The position numbers and the translations under genes are program-made. The notes beneath the pieces are model-generated. The model was not told where the DNA came from, did not search any database, and worked only from the letters and a program-made list of their open reading frames with translations. DNA of 60,957 bases, filler included, from Dugesia japonica (Eukaryota), in assembly GCA_001938525.1 (NCBI GenBank). It is 6 parts of 6 records of this genome, joined end to end, with 100 filler letters (N's around TTAATTAATTAA, not from the genome) between each part and the next. Parts side by side here need not be neighbours in the genome. Positions count along the whole stretch, not along the records: positions 42,257 to 51,292 come from MQRL01530911.1; positions 51,393 to 60,957 come from MQRL01505960.1; 4 more parts are not named here. One strand, 5' to 3'. Shown here one piece after another: positions 50,188-60,957 of the stretch (its first letter is position 1; each line of letters opens with the position of its first letter).

Positions 50188-51292
50188 CTATATGATACTA
50201 TAGTGACCATATGGGACACTTTTATTTTTGTCTACCCATANNNNNNNNNNNNNNNNNNNNNNNNNNNNNNNNNNNNNNNNNNNNNNNNNNNNNNNNNNNN
50301 NNNNNNNNGATGTTATTCTAAATTGCTCTACTGAGACCGATTTTTTCTCATTATAACAGTCAAGGTAAGACTGATGAGAAATTTCTGTGTTCTTCAATGT
50401 TATACTTTTGAATCTCATGCTGTTCTTTTCTCCGAGCAGGCTATAGCATTTCAGTCTCAAAAATATCCATTCTTGATACTTATTCCCTTTATTCTCATCT
50501 TTAGATTTCTCTATAACTGAGTTTCTGCTGTTACTATAAATGGTATGATCTTTATCATAATTTGAAGTATCAAGTGGCTTATCTCTCATCATACTTGCTG
50601 TTATTTTTTCTAATTTAGTATTTTCTATTTCTAGAAAAAGACTATCTGTATCACCGGCTACAATATTAATTTTACATTTAAATTCCTTTCTCTACTTTTC
50701 CTACTCAATGTACTGAAGTTTGTACATTCTCAATTTTGAGAGGTCAANNNNNNNNNNNNNNNNNNNNNNNNNNNNNNNNNNNNNNNNNNNNNNNNNNNNN
50801 NNNNNNNNNNNNNNNNNNNNNNNNNNNNNNNNNNNNNNNNNNNNNNNNNNNNNNNNNNNNNNNNNNNNNNNNNNNNNNNTACATAAGCGCAGATTGATTC
50901 TGTTCTTAAGATTCTCCACTGATTTTCCATATAAACTGTTATTTAACAGTTTAAAATAATTTCTTTCCGATTCTTAATACAATTTGATCTGAGAATTGTG
51001 TTGGTATTGATATAATTCTCGAAAATTGAAGCCTGGCTGAATTTAACTCCTCGATGAACCTCTATTACTTTAACTCCTAAATTTAAATACATTTGCAGCA
51101 ATCTCCAGTGCATTACGTAATTGTTCTTGGAGTAGTACGTTAACATTAATTTCTTCACTTTACAATCTGGAGTGCTTCTATGTTCTGCTGCAACCGACAA
51201 ATCATTTAAATAATCATGAATTTCGGCAGGAATCATCATGTCAACCTCTAGAGTGTATCTATATGACAATGAATCTAGATCTGCATTCTTAC
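50188..51292 (-). pseudogene. Polinton pPolB C-terminal half (fragment C)
   Basis: TLEVD...IHDYLND, KKLML...YVMHWRLLQMYL, LNNSLYGKSVEN, LDLSK..MY, GDTDSLF, DTSNY, SVPYGHY. Confidence 0.9.
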
Positions 51293-51392
51293 NNNNNNNN
51301 NNNNNNNNNNNNNNNNNNNNNNNNNNNNNNNNNNNNTTAATTAATTAANNNNNNNNNNNNNNNNNNNNNNNNNNNNNNNNNNNNNNNNNNNN
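51293..51392. other. Artificial scaffold spacer
   Basis: N44-TTAATTAATTAA-N44. Confidence 0.95.
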
Positions 51393-51571
51393 TGTGTGCA
51401 AAATAATTCCAATTAAAAATTGCATAATAAATTTAATTGAGGGATTAAATTACCGATGATGTAATTCCATCATAGATTAACGATCAAATTTCAGATAATT
51501 GCACTAATTACATCACTAATCGGTGGGGGGGTTCGCACACAGGTGGTTACATGCGCTACTATCTATCTACT
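51393..51571 (-). mobile_element. Putative Polinton-type terminus abutting the fragment D integrase
   Basis: Reverse complement begins AGTAGATAGATAGTAGCGCA, followed by a C-rich tract. Confidence 0.5.
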
Positions 51572-51572
51572 A

Positions 51573-52452
51573 ATATTAATTGGAAAAGGAATATTATCAA
51601 AACCTAAAAAAGCACGAAATTTCATCAGAAGAACTTCATAAAGAATATAGAAGACCAAAACATTTCTTAAAAGTAATAGTAGATGGTAAAGATAATATTT
51701 GGTCAGCAGATTTAATTTTCCACAAAAAATTTATATGTTTAAGTGTAATTGATTTATATACAAGATTTGCATTCGTAGAAATTGTTAAAGATAAAAAAGG
51801 ATTATCAATAAGAAATGCATTTGAAAGAATTCTAGAAAAAAGTTTTAGGATGCCAGGTAAATTATGGATAGTTAATGGTAGAGAATTTTATAATAAAACA
51901 TTTCAATCTTTTTGTGAAGATAATAATATTAAATTATATTCTAATGAAAATCAAGGTAAAGCAGTTGTGGTTGAAAGATTTAATAGAATATTTAAAAATA
52001 AACTCTTTAAACATTTTACTGCCGTTGGGAATCAAAATATTAATGAAGCTTTAATACAAGAAATTGTAGATGATTACTTTGATACTACTTACTATGATAC
52101 TACTTTGAAAGTTAATTATTCATAAATTATGATTGCAAATATTAATTACAGAGGTAAAGTTGATCAAGAANNNNNNNNNNNNNNNNNNNNNNNNNNNNNN
52201 NNNNNNNNNNNNNNNNNNNNTAAAAAAGAAATACCAATTACTTTTCCTGAGAAACAAAAATTTAAAATTGGAGATAGAGTTAGAATCTTTAAGTTTAAAT
52301 ATAAATTTGAAAAAGGTTTTACAGCTAAATAGACAGAAGAAATATTTATAGTTATAAGAATTTATGATACGAAACCAATAACATATGGAATATCAGATTT
52401 AAATGATGAAAGAATTCTTGGAAGATTTTATTCAAATAAGTTAAAAATCTAA
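51573..52452 (+). pseudogene. Polinton integrase
   Basis: EELHK, IWSADL, LSVIDLYTRFAF, GREFYN, KAVVVERFNR, FKIGDRVRI, GRFY. Confidence 0.92.
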
Positions 52453-52495
52453 AATGTAAAATATAAAGCCTTATGATTAAAATTAAAATATTAAA

Positions 52496-53507
52496 ATGGA
52501 AAGTCTTCTAGAACATTTATCTGATCTTATTATGGATTTATATACAATTGATATTACAAGAGATGAAGACTTTTATACAAATTTTAGAACAAATTTAATA
52601 ATGGCTAAAGAAGCGATAGAATATAAATAAGAATTTAAAAATTGTCCAGATTTTGTTTTTGAGGATATTCAAAAAGAAAAAGAAAAAATAAAAAGTAGTA
52701 AAGTTAAACCAAAAACTAAAAGTGAAATTGATAAAGAAATTGAAAAACTAAAACAAGAAATGAAACAACCAAAAATATTTAATGAACCACCACAAATATT
52801 AAGTGAAGATGAAATATTAAACCCAAAGGGACCCATAGAACCACCACAAATATTAAGTGAAAGTTCTGAAAGTGAAGATGAAATAATTCCTAAGAAAATA
52901 TTAAGCCCAAAGGGACCCATAAAATCAGAATCTGAAATATTAAATGAAATAAATCGAAATATAAATGATTTAAGTAAGAATGAAAACTAAAAATAAAAGA
53001 AGGTAAAATTAAAAGAGAAAAAATAATCCCACCACAAACATTTGAAATGGAACTTTATTCTTCATTAGATGATAATAAAAAAATGTTATTATTTTATCTA
53101 AAAGAATTCACACTAGAAAATCATCAAGATTTTAATTTTTGTTTTATAAAACAAAATCGTGGAAATTTAATAACATTTATGAAAAGTTATATGTTATATA
53201 TACTTTTTTTACATGTGTAAAAAAAGCAAAAGAAATAACTTTAATTTCATATTCACAAATGGGAAGAGTTTTAAAACATTTGAAACATGATTTTAACCCT
53301 AATGGTAAAAAATTAAAAGCTGATGATTTTTTAAATTATTTAAGTGGATATGAAATTCATTTTGATATGAGTTACATTAACAAATTAATTAGATTTTCTA
53401 ACATAGTTGATAAGTGGCCTGAAATTGTTACAAGTAATTTTTCATTTTATAAAATCACATCATATTTTAAAGAAATTGAAGAAATAGCTATTAAACGAGA
53501 TTTGTAA
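52496..53507 (+). pseudogene. Polinton hypothetical gene(s) with EPPQILSE / PKGPI duplications
   Basis: Broken ORFs (52496 onward, 52760-52990, 53139-53507) between the integrase and the ATPase. Confidence 0.45.
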
Positions 53508-53694
53508 AAATCAAAAGTGTAAAGATGTAAAATGTTAAAAATAATTTGCAAGACATGCATGCCTCGGAAAAAATGTTAAGTGTAAAATATAAAATTTGCC
53601 GCTCACGCATGAGTAGGAAAATGTTAAGTGTAAAGCTAGAAAAGCATGCATGCCTTTGTAAAGATGTAAAGATGTAAAATTTAACATATAAAAA

Positions 53695-54471
53695 ATGGCA
53701 TCATACAAAGGCAACGGCTCAACTTCGTACATCTGGAATAAAAATATAACAACTTTAAATAATAAAGTATTACCAAATAATTTTAGACTTTTAATGATAG
53801 GATTTTCAGGTTGTCGGGAAAATGTTTTATTAATGAAAATGTTATTAACACCTGAATTTTTAGATTATGATATTTTAATTTTTTATTCAACAACAGTTAA
53901 TCAATTTGAAATTCAATAACTTTATATTGGTTTTGAAAATGGTTTAAATAAAAAAGAAATTATTTTAATGTTTGAAAATCAAAATATAGTTCCAAATAAT
54001 TGCATTACACCTTATCAAGTTTTATCATTCTTTTTGGATAAAAAATTAGTTATTAAAAAACCTAGAAGTATAATTGTAACATGAAGTAATAAACCTAATG
54101 AAATAATTTCATGTGACAGACTTTCAAAAGAAAAGAAAAACTTAATAATATTTGATGATGCTGTTAATGAAAAGAATCAAGAAATACAAAAAAGTTATTT
54201 CACTAGAGGTCGACATTCAAACTGTTATGTGATTTATATTTCCCAAACATATTATCATTTAAATAAAAATTCTATACGTAACAATTCAAATTGTTACATC
54301 TTTTTTAAATTAAATAAAACAGATAGAGATAATGTTTATCATGAATTATTTTCTAATATTTTTCCTAACAAGTTAGAATATGATTATGAGGTTAATCTTC
54401 ATTGGAAAACTAAATATAATTATTTTTATGTAAACAAGGAAACTGATGAAATGTTAGATGATCTATTCTAA
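53695..54471 (+). pseudogene. A32-like packaging ATPase
   Basis: Decayed Walker A (GFSGCRE), Walker B LIIFDD, YFTRGRHSN, IYISQTYY, SIRNNSN. Confidence 0.9.
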
Positions 54472-54559
54472 TGCTTTATGCGTCCCCTTGGTCTAGATTT
54501 TACATTCCTAATTTCGATTTTATTTCATTAAAAATCCTTGTTTGATTTTCTAACATTTT

Positions 54560-55108
54560 TAAACTAAAACTATTTTCCTTATGTTTAGCTTCGCTTTCTT
54601 TTCTATTACTAGATATTAATTCATGAACTTCATTTACCATATTTTTACTTTATAATAATTCATCATCAGTTAATATTTCATCATTGACAGCTTTTTGTTG
54701 AAATAGAACTAATTTATTTTTAACAGCCTCAAGTTTCTTAATTAACTTTTCATATCTTTCTTTTCTTGATTTTATTAATGATGAATTTAATGTTCCAATA
54801 ACTGGCCACACTGAAATTGCACCTGTCAATATTGGTATACCAATTGTAGATAATGGTATTCCAATTGGTGCAATTAAAATTATACCACCAATTCCAATTC
54901 CAGCACTAACAATTATTTGTGTATATTTTATTGTTGAATCTATCCTTTCCCACCTTATATGTATTTTTTTATAATGTTTTATTTTATCTTTTATAAAGTA
55001 AAGATCATTTTCAAAATCTTTTATTCTAGATAATGCAAGTTTATTTTTTAAATCTAAAATCGTGAAAATTTCTCCATAGTCTAAATTAGGATATATTTTA
55101 TCTTCCAT
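54560..55108 (-). pseudogene. Polinton membrane/coiled-coil protein
   Basis: MEDKIYPNL..., central hydrophobic Gly-rich segment. Its tail is homologous to 23057-23228. Confidence 0.6.
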
Positions 55109-55110
55109 TT

Positions 55111-56297
55111 TTATAATGGATAATTTGGTGATTTTTCAAAATCATTTCTTCCAAAAGATATTTGATGAATAGAAATATATTTTGGTAAAATTATTTTAAT
55201 AGATTTTATATTCTTATCTTTAATAATTCTAGTGCTTACTACTTTAATATCAATTAAATCACCAGCTATAAGACATAAAAATGTTACTGGAATATTATTA
55301 TTATTAATGATGTAATTAAATCTTTTAATTTTAGAATAACCTAGAATCCGTAAATAAATTTTATAATTAATATTTACTGATAAATTAATAGTAAATGGTT
55401 CATCGAGACGATAATAAAAGTTATTTCTAATACTTATCATTTCAGCTTTTCTTATAAAATCTATATCTAAAAGTTGAAATATTTCAGATGAATAACAAAA
55501 CCATGGTAAATCACCATCTTTAGCAGAAATTAAAAATACTACATTATCATTTAAAGTAATATTATTAAAAGGTAAATAATTATCAAATAAGTGTATTAAA
55601 CTTTTATCTTCATTTTTCTTAATAAAATATTAAATTTATCAAGATAAAGTTTGTGGAGTTTTGGTTTTATTGTTTCAAATTCTTGAGTGGAAAATTCTAT
55701 AGTTATATTCTTTAAATAAATTTCTTGCAGTAAAATTATGTTAATAAAGTTTATATTATCATCTTTATTAATGTCACTGCTTTCTCTAAAAATTTTTATA
55801 TTCTTATCTTCAGGTTTAACATATAAAAATGATACTGCAAAATGATTAATTCTGATAATGTAATTAAATTTTTCAATTTCACAATAACCTGATATATTTA
55901 TTCTAACGTTTCTTTTAATATTTGTATGTAAAGAAATATTAAAAGGTTCAACAAGATAAAAATTTTCATTTTACCATTTCTTATAAAATCTAAATTATAT
56001 ACATATTTATCCATAATAATATATTGTGGAAGATTATCATGAGAGATAATTGAAAATATTGTTTTATCACCAGGTATAAAAACATAAGGTAAGTAATTAT
56101 CAAATAAGTGTCTTAAACTTTTAACTGTTGATCTTTTCTTCTTTGTTATTATAAATAAATCTATTATTTAAATTATTAATGTTAAAAATAATATTATAAC
56201 ATGTAAAGCATATCAACCCCAGTTCATATTCTAAATCTAATTCTATAGGAAATTTGTAATCTTGTTCATGTCCGACTATTACAAATTGATGTGACAT
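55111..56297 (-). pseudogene. Minor capsid (penton)-like gene with two tandem internal domains
   Basis: ATG at 56297 gives MSHQFVIVGHEQDYKFPIELDLEYELGLICFTCYNYFFNINNLNNRFIY. The module KSL.HLFDNYLP...LDFIR...EPF.I.L...GY occurs twice. Confidence 0.55.
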
Positions 56298-56319
56298 CTT
56301 TGCTATTTCTTATGAGAAA

Positions 56320-57170
56320 TATTTAGTTTTATATTTTTTATAAATCATGTCAGATATTAAACCCATCATCTTTAATTTTTTTAGAAACACTCTTAATTTC
56401 TTCATCTAAATTATTATGTCCAGATTTTACTGCTGAAATTAATAATGTTAACTCTTCAAATAAATTAATTGGATTCATTTCTAAGCCTTTTCCTTGTTTA
56501 TTGTAAGCTTAAGGTAAACTTTGTGATCTACCAGGTGTTAATATTGATTTTAAATAAAGAAAATATTCTCTATTTGATTCGGAATGTTTTATTATATCAT
56601 TAAACTATAAATCAATAAATTTTTTAGTTTTAGCATCATTTTCAATTTTGTTTACATTTCCTAATATTATATCTTTTATTTCATATGAATAATCATAAAT
56701 TATTTTATTAATTGAAAAATATGTTTTCTTATCAATGCTAAATAAATATATAATCACATTAGTTTGTTTAAACTGTATTATTAGAAATATTTTATTTTCA
56801 ATTACTTCTTTTTCACTTATTCTGGGAGTTAATTTTTCTTTTATTAATTGTTTATCAATTAGCATATTAATAGAATGATATGGTTTTACATTATCACTTT
56901 CTAACAGTTCATTAAATTCATCATCTTCATAAGTTACCCCTAATATAACTTTTTCGTATCCTTTTTTACTTTCTGTTTAATTTCTTCTGGTTTAATTTCT
57001 TCTTGTATAACATCTTCTTCTATTAATGTTTCATCTTTAAAAAGTAATGGTTTATTATTTCCTATTGCTGAAATTGTTGGCTTTTGTAAAATAGATAATT
57101 CACTTTGTAAGTTTCTTGAATCAATAACATTTCCACAGAAAAAATCATTATATTTCTTTTGACCTTTAAT
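56320..57170 (-). pseudogene. Conserved Polinton hypothetical protein
   Basis: C-terminal KQGKGLEMNPINLFEELTLLISAVKSGHNN resembles the Polinton G.G...P..L..RL.LL.....AGN motif. Confidence 0.55.
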
Positions 57171-57351
57171 TAANNNNNNNNNNNNNNNNNNNNNNNNNNN
57201 NNNNNNNNNNNNNNNNNNNNNNNNNNNNNNNNNNNNNNNNNNNNNNNNNNNNNNNNNNNNNNNNNNNNNNNNNNNNNNNNNNNNNNNNNNNNNNNNNNNN
57301 NNNNNNNNNNNNNNNNNNNNNNNNNNNNNNNNNNNNNNNNNNNNNNNNNNN

Positions 57352-57713
57352 AAATATTTATGTATTGCTGAACTTTGATAAGGTGTTAAATAAATCCCAG
57401 TACCTTTATGGGGTTTATCAATTAGTTCAATTTCTTTTTGTGCTTTGATTGCTCGTCTTGAATTTGTAACTGTACTTGCAATTCCAGATGCAATTCAAGC
57501 GGTTCCAGCTAAAGCACCGATAATTGCTGGTATTGCAGCTAAAAATAAAAATTCACCATCTTTTAATTTCTTGTCTTTAAGCTCATCTTTCACTTTTTTA
57601 CTGATATAATTATTTTTACCATTAATCTTTACTGATTTACATTTCTTTGAATTTATTATTTTCTCTAATTCTTCTTCTGTTACACTTGTTGTACTTGTTG
57701 GATTATTTGTCAT
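57352..57713 (-). pseudogene. Adenovirus pX-like small core/membrane-active protein
   Basis: KDGEFLFLAAIPAIIGALAGTA*IASGIAS resembles GGFLPALIPIIAAAIG. Later HKGTGIYLTPY. Confidence 0.6.
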
Positions 57714-57741
57714 ATTTTATAAGAAAAATATACATGGTAAA

Positions 57742-59593
57742 TTATTTCTTGGTAATTAAAACTTTATTTATTTTATTTAACAATGAATGATAATAGTTAC
57801 AATTTTCATAAGAAAATCTAAAATAATGACCCCATGTTATTTCTCCTTCATCTTCAATTAATCGTTTATCATCAAATCCTGTACAGGCAATTTTTGTTTG
57901 TTGTTTAATTTTTAAATCATGTAAGAATGAATTTATTGAATAATTAGTTCCAAGAACTATTTCATTTGGATTATATAAAAATTTTTCAAAATCATTTATA
58001 AGAAATGAATTAAAAGATTGAACACCTTTATGTTTCTTTATTAATTCAATTAGTCCTTTTTTATTATATTCAAAATCATATGATTTTGCTCTTATACAAA
58101 TTAATTTTAATATTTCATCATTAGTCAATTCATCTTTCATTTGAAATAATTCATCTCCTAATATTAATTTTAACTTTTCTAAATTATCTCTTTTTAAATA
58201 TTTCTACAAATACTCTATCAGTATCTGAATAATGTATTTTATAATTATTTTGTCCAACTGTTGGCTGTTATTGATTATATACAAAATCATACATTACTTG
58301 TTTTGCATGTTCAAGAATTGTGAATCCAATATATTGAAACTTATCATATTTTAAATTAGTTTGTTCTAAATGCATTGCTGCTAATTTAGCATTATTATTA
58401 TCATCTTTTGTGAAAACTTTACATCCTAAATATGTTAGTTTACTTGCAAACTTTTGAATGTCTTCATCTGTTCCTACAATTTCAACATTACATCTATTCC
58501 TAATATTTTCAAGTGTTTTACCATAAAATGAATTGTTTAATAATTTTAAAAAAAATCTCCAAATTCATCTTTATTTCTTTTAGCTATTCTTCTTTGATCA
58601 ATATTATATACGAAAGGTATATAATCTTTTAACCATGGAGATGTTGGCATTTTATATTTATTATGAGTTTTTTTATTTTCAATCCAAGATTTAAATATAA
58701 ATCTAGTGTAGAACCTAAACATAAATAATTTTCTTTATCACCAAAATTTAATGTTACTTTAACATTTTTCTTTGGTAATTTTCTATTAAATGAAAATGGT
58801 CCTTTTTGATATATTCCTAACATATCTTCTGTAATATTTATTTTATCTGGCGCTAATGGAAAATATCTTGTTCTTTCATGTATTTCAGGTGGATATTCTA
58901 AATCAACTTCATAAAGATAATTCATGCTATCAGTTGCTTTTTCATAATTTAAATTTTCATCAATAATAAATTCGCCTGTTGGTAAAGGCCTTAAATTTGA
59001 TTTCTTGCATACGAATTAAATGTTGCTATTTTTTCTTCACCATTTATCATTTTATTATATTCACCATAAGCTGTTATTTCTAATTTATGTTGTCCTTTTA
59101 AATTATAAAACTTTCTTATTATTTTTGTAATCTCACTTTCATAACCTAAAATTAATTTTATTTCATCTTCTGAAATATCTTTTCTCATTATTAATATTCT
59201 ATCTTGGCATTTAACAATTTCATAATTTGGATGACTGTCTTCTCTACATAAATCTTTTATAATTTGTACTGGTGTTGGTTTAGGAATTGGAGTTAGTAAT
59301 CTTTTAATTCTTTCTCTATGAGCTTTACTATTTAAATGTAATCTTGCACCAACTGCACTGTTATATCTTTTATTGCAAATTTCACAATAGTTAGTTGTTA
59401 AATTTGTCGTCCCACATTTTGTTGAATAAATATGTCTTTTTAAACCTATTGCAGTTTCAAATTTATTTTTACATTTATTACATTCATAACGTTTTATTTT
59501 TGGTCTTGAATATGTTTTTGATGTAAGATGGCTTTTTAAACCTCTTTCATTTTTAAATGTTCTATTGCAATTGTTACATTTTAAAATGACCAT
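57742..59593 (-). pseudogene. pPolB with three N-terminal zinc fingers; exonuclease and motif A deleted
   Basis: 59593-58991 encodes three C2H2/C2HC-like fingers. Immediately after come LPTGEF, YEVDLEYPPEIH, LNNSFYGKTLEN, IGFTILE, YSDTD and FDDKR. Confidence 0.85.
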
Positions 59594-59714
59594 TTTAACT
59601 ACCTTTTATTTAATCACAATTTATTATTTATAAAAAACCACAGCCAAATCTTATTCTTTTAAATCGCAAAGCCATATTTTTTACTCGATGTGTTCTTTCG
59701 GTTATTTTTACATC

Positions 59715-59862
59715 AAACATTTGACATGTCACATTTTTCGTCAAACATTTTTCACCCGATATTTTTCGTGTCACATTTTTCGTCAAACCTTTTTCGTGTC
59801 ACATTTTTCACCTGAAATTTTTCCTGTCACATTTTTCGTGTCGCATTTTTTCGTCAAACATA
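59715..59862. repeat. Polinton subterminal tandem repeats
   Basis: TGTCACATTTTTCG / TCAAACATTTTTC units. Confidence 0.75.
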
Positions 59863-60319
59863 TAGTACCTTGCTTCATTCATTATGACCTAAGTAAACCC
59901 ATGTAAATGAAATATGTCAATATGTCAAATAATACATCGAACATATGACATGATACAGCTACTACCTTGCTTCATTCGGTTGTTATTCCATTATTAAGAC
60001 TAAAAAATTGCTAAAATAAAATAAGAAGAAGATAAAAGAAAGGTGAATAAATATTAATGTTCAAGAAAATAATATAAATTAAATTAAAGCTCAAAACCCA
60101 TAGCAATAAAAGTCAGAAATAAAAGGGTTTAAATTAAATAATAATTGATCGAAATGAAGAATTGAACGAAATTTTTAAATGAAAAAGAACATATATTATT
60201 ATTTACAATTTTTATAATTGTTATACGAGTAGAGATATAAAGAAATAATTATTGTAATATAATAAAATAATTAAGTTAAGAAAGTATAGTTAAAATAAAA
60301 GTATTTTTATTAAAATTTT

Positions 60320-60720
60320 ATGATCGGAAGACTAGGACGGTGTTTATCGTTGACTAGCAACGCTGGCAAAGATGGGCATCAGTGTTTAGAATTCAGAATA
60401 AAAAGAAATTATCCATCATTGATTATAAATATTTTATGAGAGTTATGAAAGATGTTAATAGAATAAAAGATGATTTTATGTTAGCAAGGTTCATAGATGT
60501 TATGAGAGTTGTTGTTGATAGTATGAAAGAGATGTTGATGGTTAATACAAAAGGAATGTTCGTTAATGAGAATAATTATTGGAGAGATGTAGTGTTCATG
60601 ATAATGATGTCAACAATGGTTAATAGAGGTGTGAGGATGGATAATATTGTTGGTCGATAATGAGAGATGCGATTTAAAATTAATTGAGAAATATAGATAC
60701 GTGGTGGTTGAATTCTATCT
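60320..60720 (+). repeat. Interspersed repeat shared with 45750-46250
   Basis: Colinear reverse-complement blocks (see the 45750 entry). Confidence 0.7.
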
Positions 60721-60846
60721 TTAAGATTAACTTCTATATTAATTTTTGTATGATTATACTGGCACGATTGTAAATGTCTATGAAAATATTATATCATTCG
60801 GTTAATATTTGTTAGTTTTATTGTAGAAGATTCCTGATCTGTAATA

Positions 60847-60957
60847 AGTAAGGACATAGTGGCGCACTACACCTCACCCCCTCCCCCGGGGGATGGGGGA
60901 GGGTTAGAAAGTAGGGGGGGTAGTGACGGTCTGGCGCACACACATTCAGCAACCCCC
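60847..60957 (+). mobile_element. Putative Polinton-type terminus running off the window end
   Basis: AGTAAGGACATAGTGGCGCACTAC followed by C-rich and G-rich tracts, similar to 39435. Confidence 0.45.

Larger units (their letters stand above)
51572..59990. mobile_element. Polinton/adintovirus-like fragment D
   Basis: Integrase and ATPase on plus. Penton-like, pX-like and pPolB genes on minus. Subterminal repeats near 59700-59860. Confidence 0.92.

Overview
Very AT-rich eukaryotic scaffold, most likely an invertebrate such as a planarian (inferred from 43-49 bp GT-AG introns and the transposon mix). It is not one contiguous locus: five identical 100-bp spacers (N44-TTAATTAATTAA-N44) join six roughly 9-14 kb pieces, so adjacency across spacers is unproven. 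The window is dominated by decayed mobile DNA: four Polinton/Maverick (adintovirus-like) fragments carrying two pPolB types, a Buster-type hAT, IS630/Tc1 and mariner fragments, an LTR-bounded but internally deleted Gypsy element with a TTAGG TSD, other Gypsy/LTR pieces, a LINE and a Penelope-like element. Three host gene pieces are visible: a divergent STE20/PAK-like kinase, an unknown multi-exon gene and a Ly6/uPAR last exon. Most interesting: (1) a reconstructable Polinton zinc-finger/phospholipase A2/integrase fusion with protease-site-like linkers, supported by two copies; (2) two complementary fragments that together rebuild a nearly complete capsid-encoding Polinton genome, including a penton-like gene with an internal tandem domain duplication; (3) a dispersed family of minimal hammerhead ribozyme repeats, often in inverted pairs. 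All calls were made by eye from motifs; no database searches were run.
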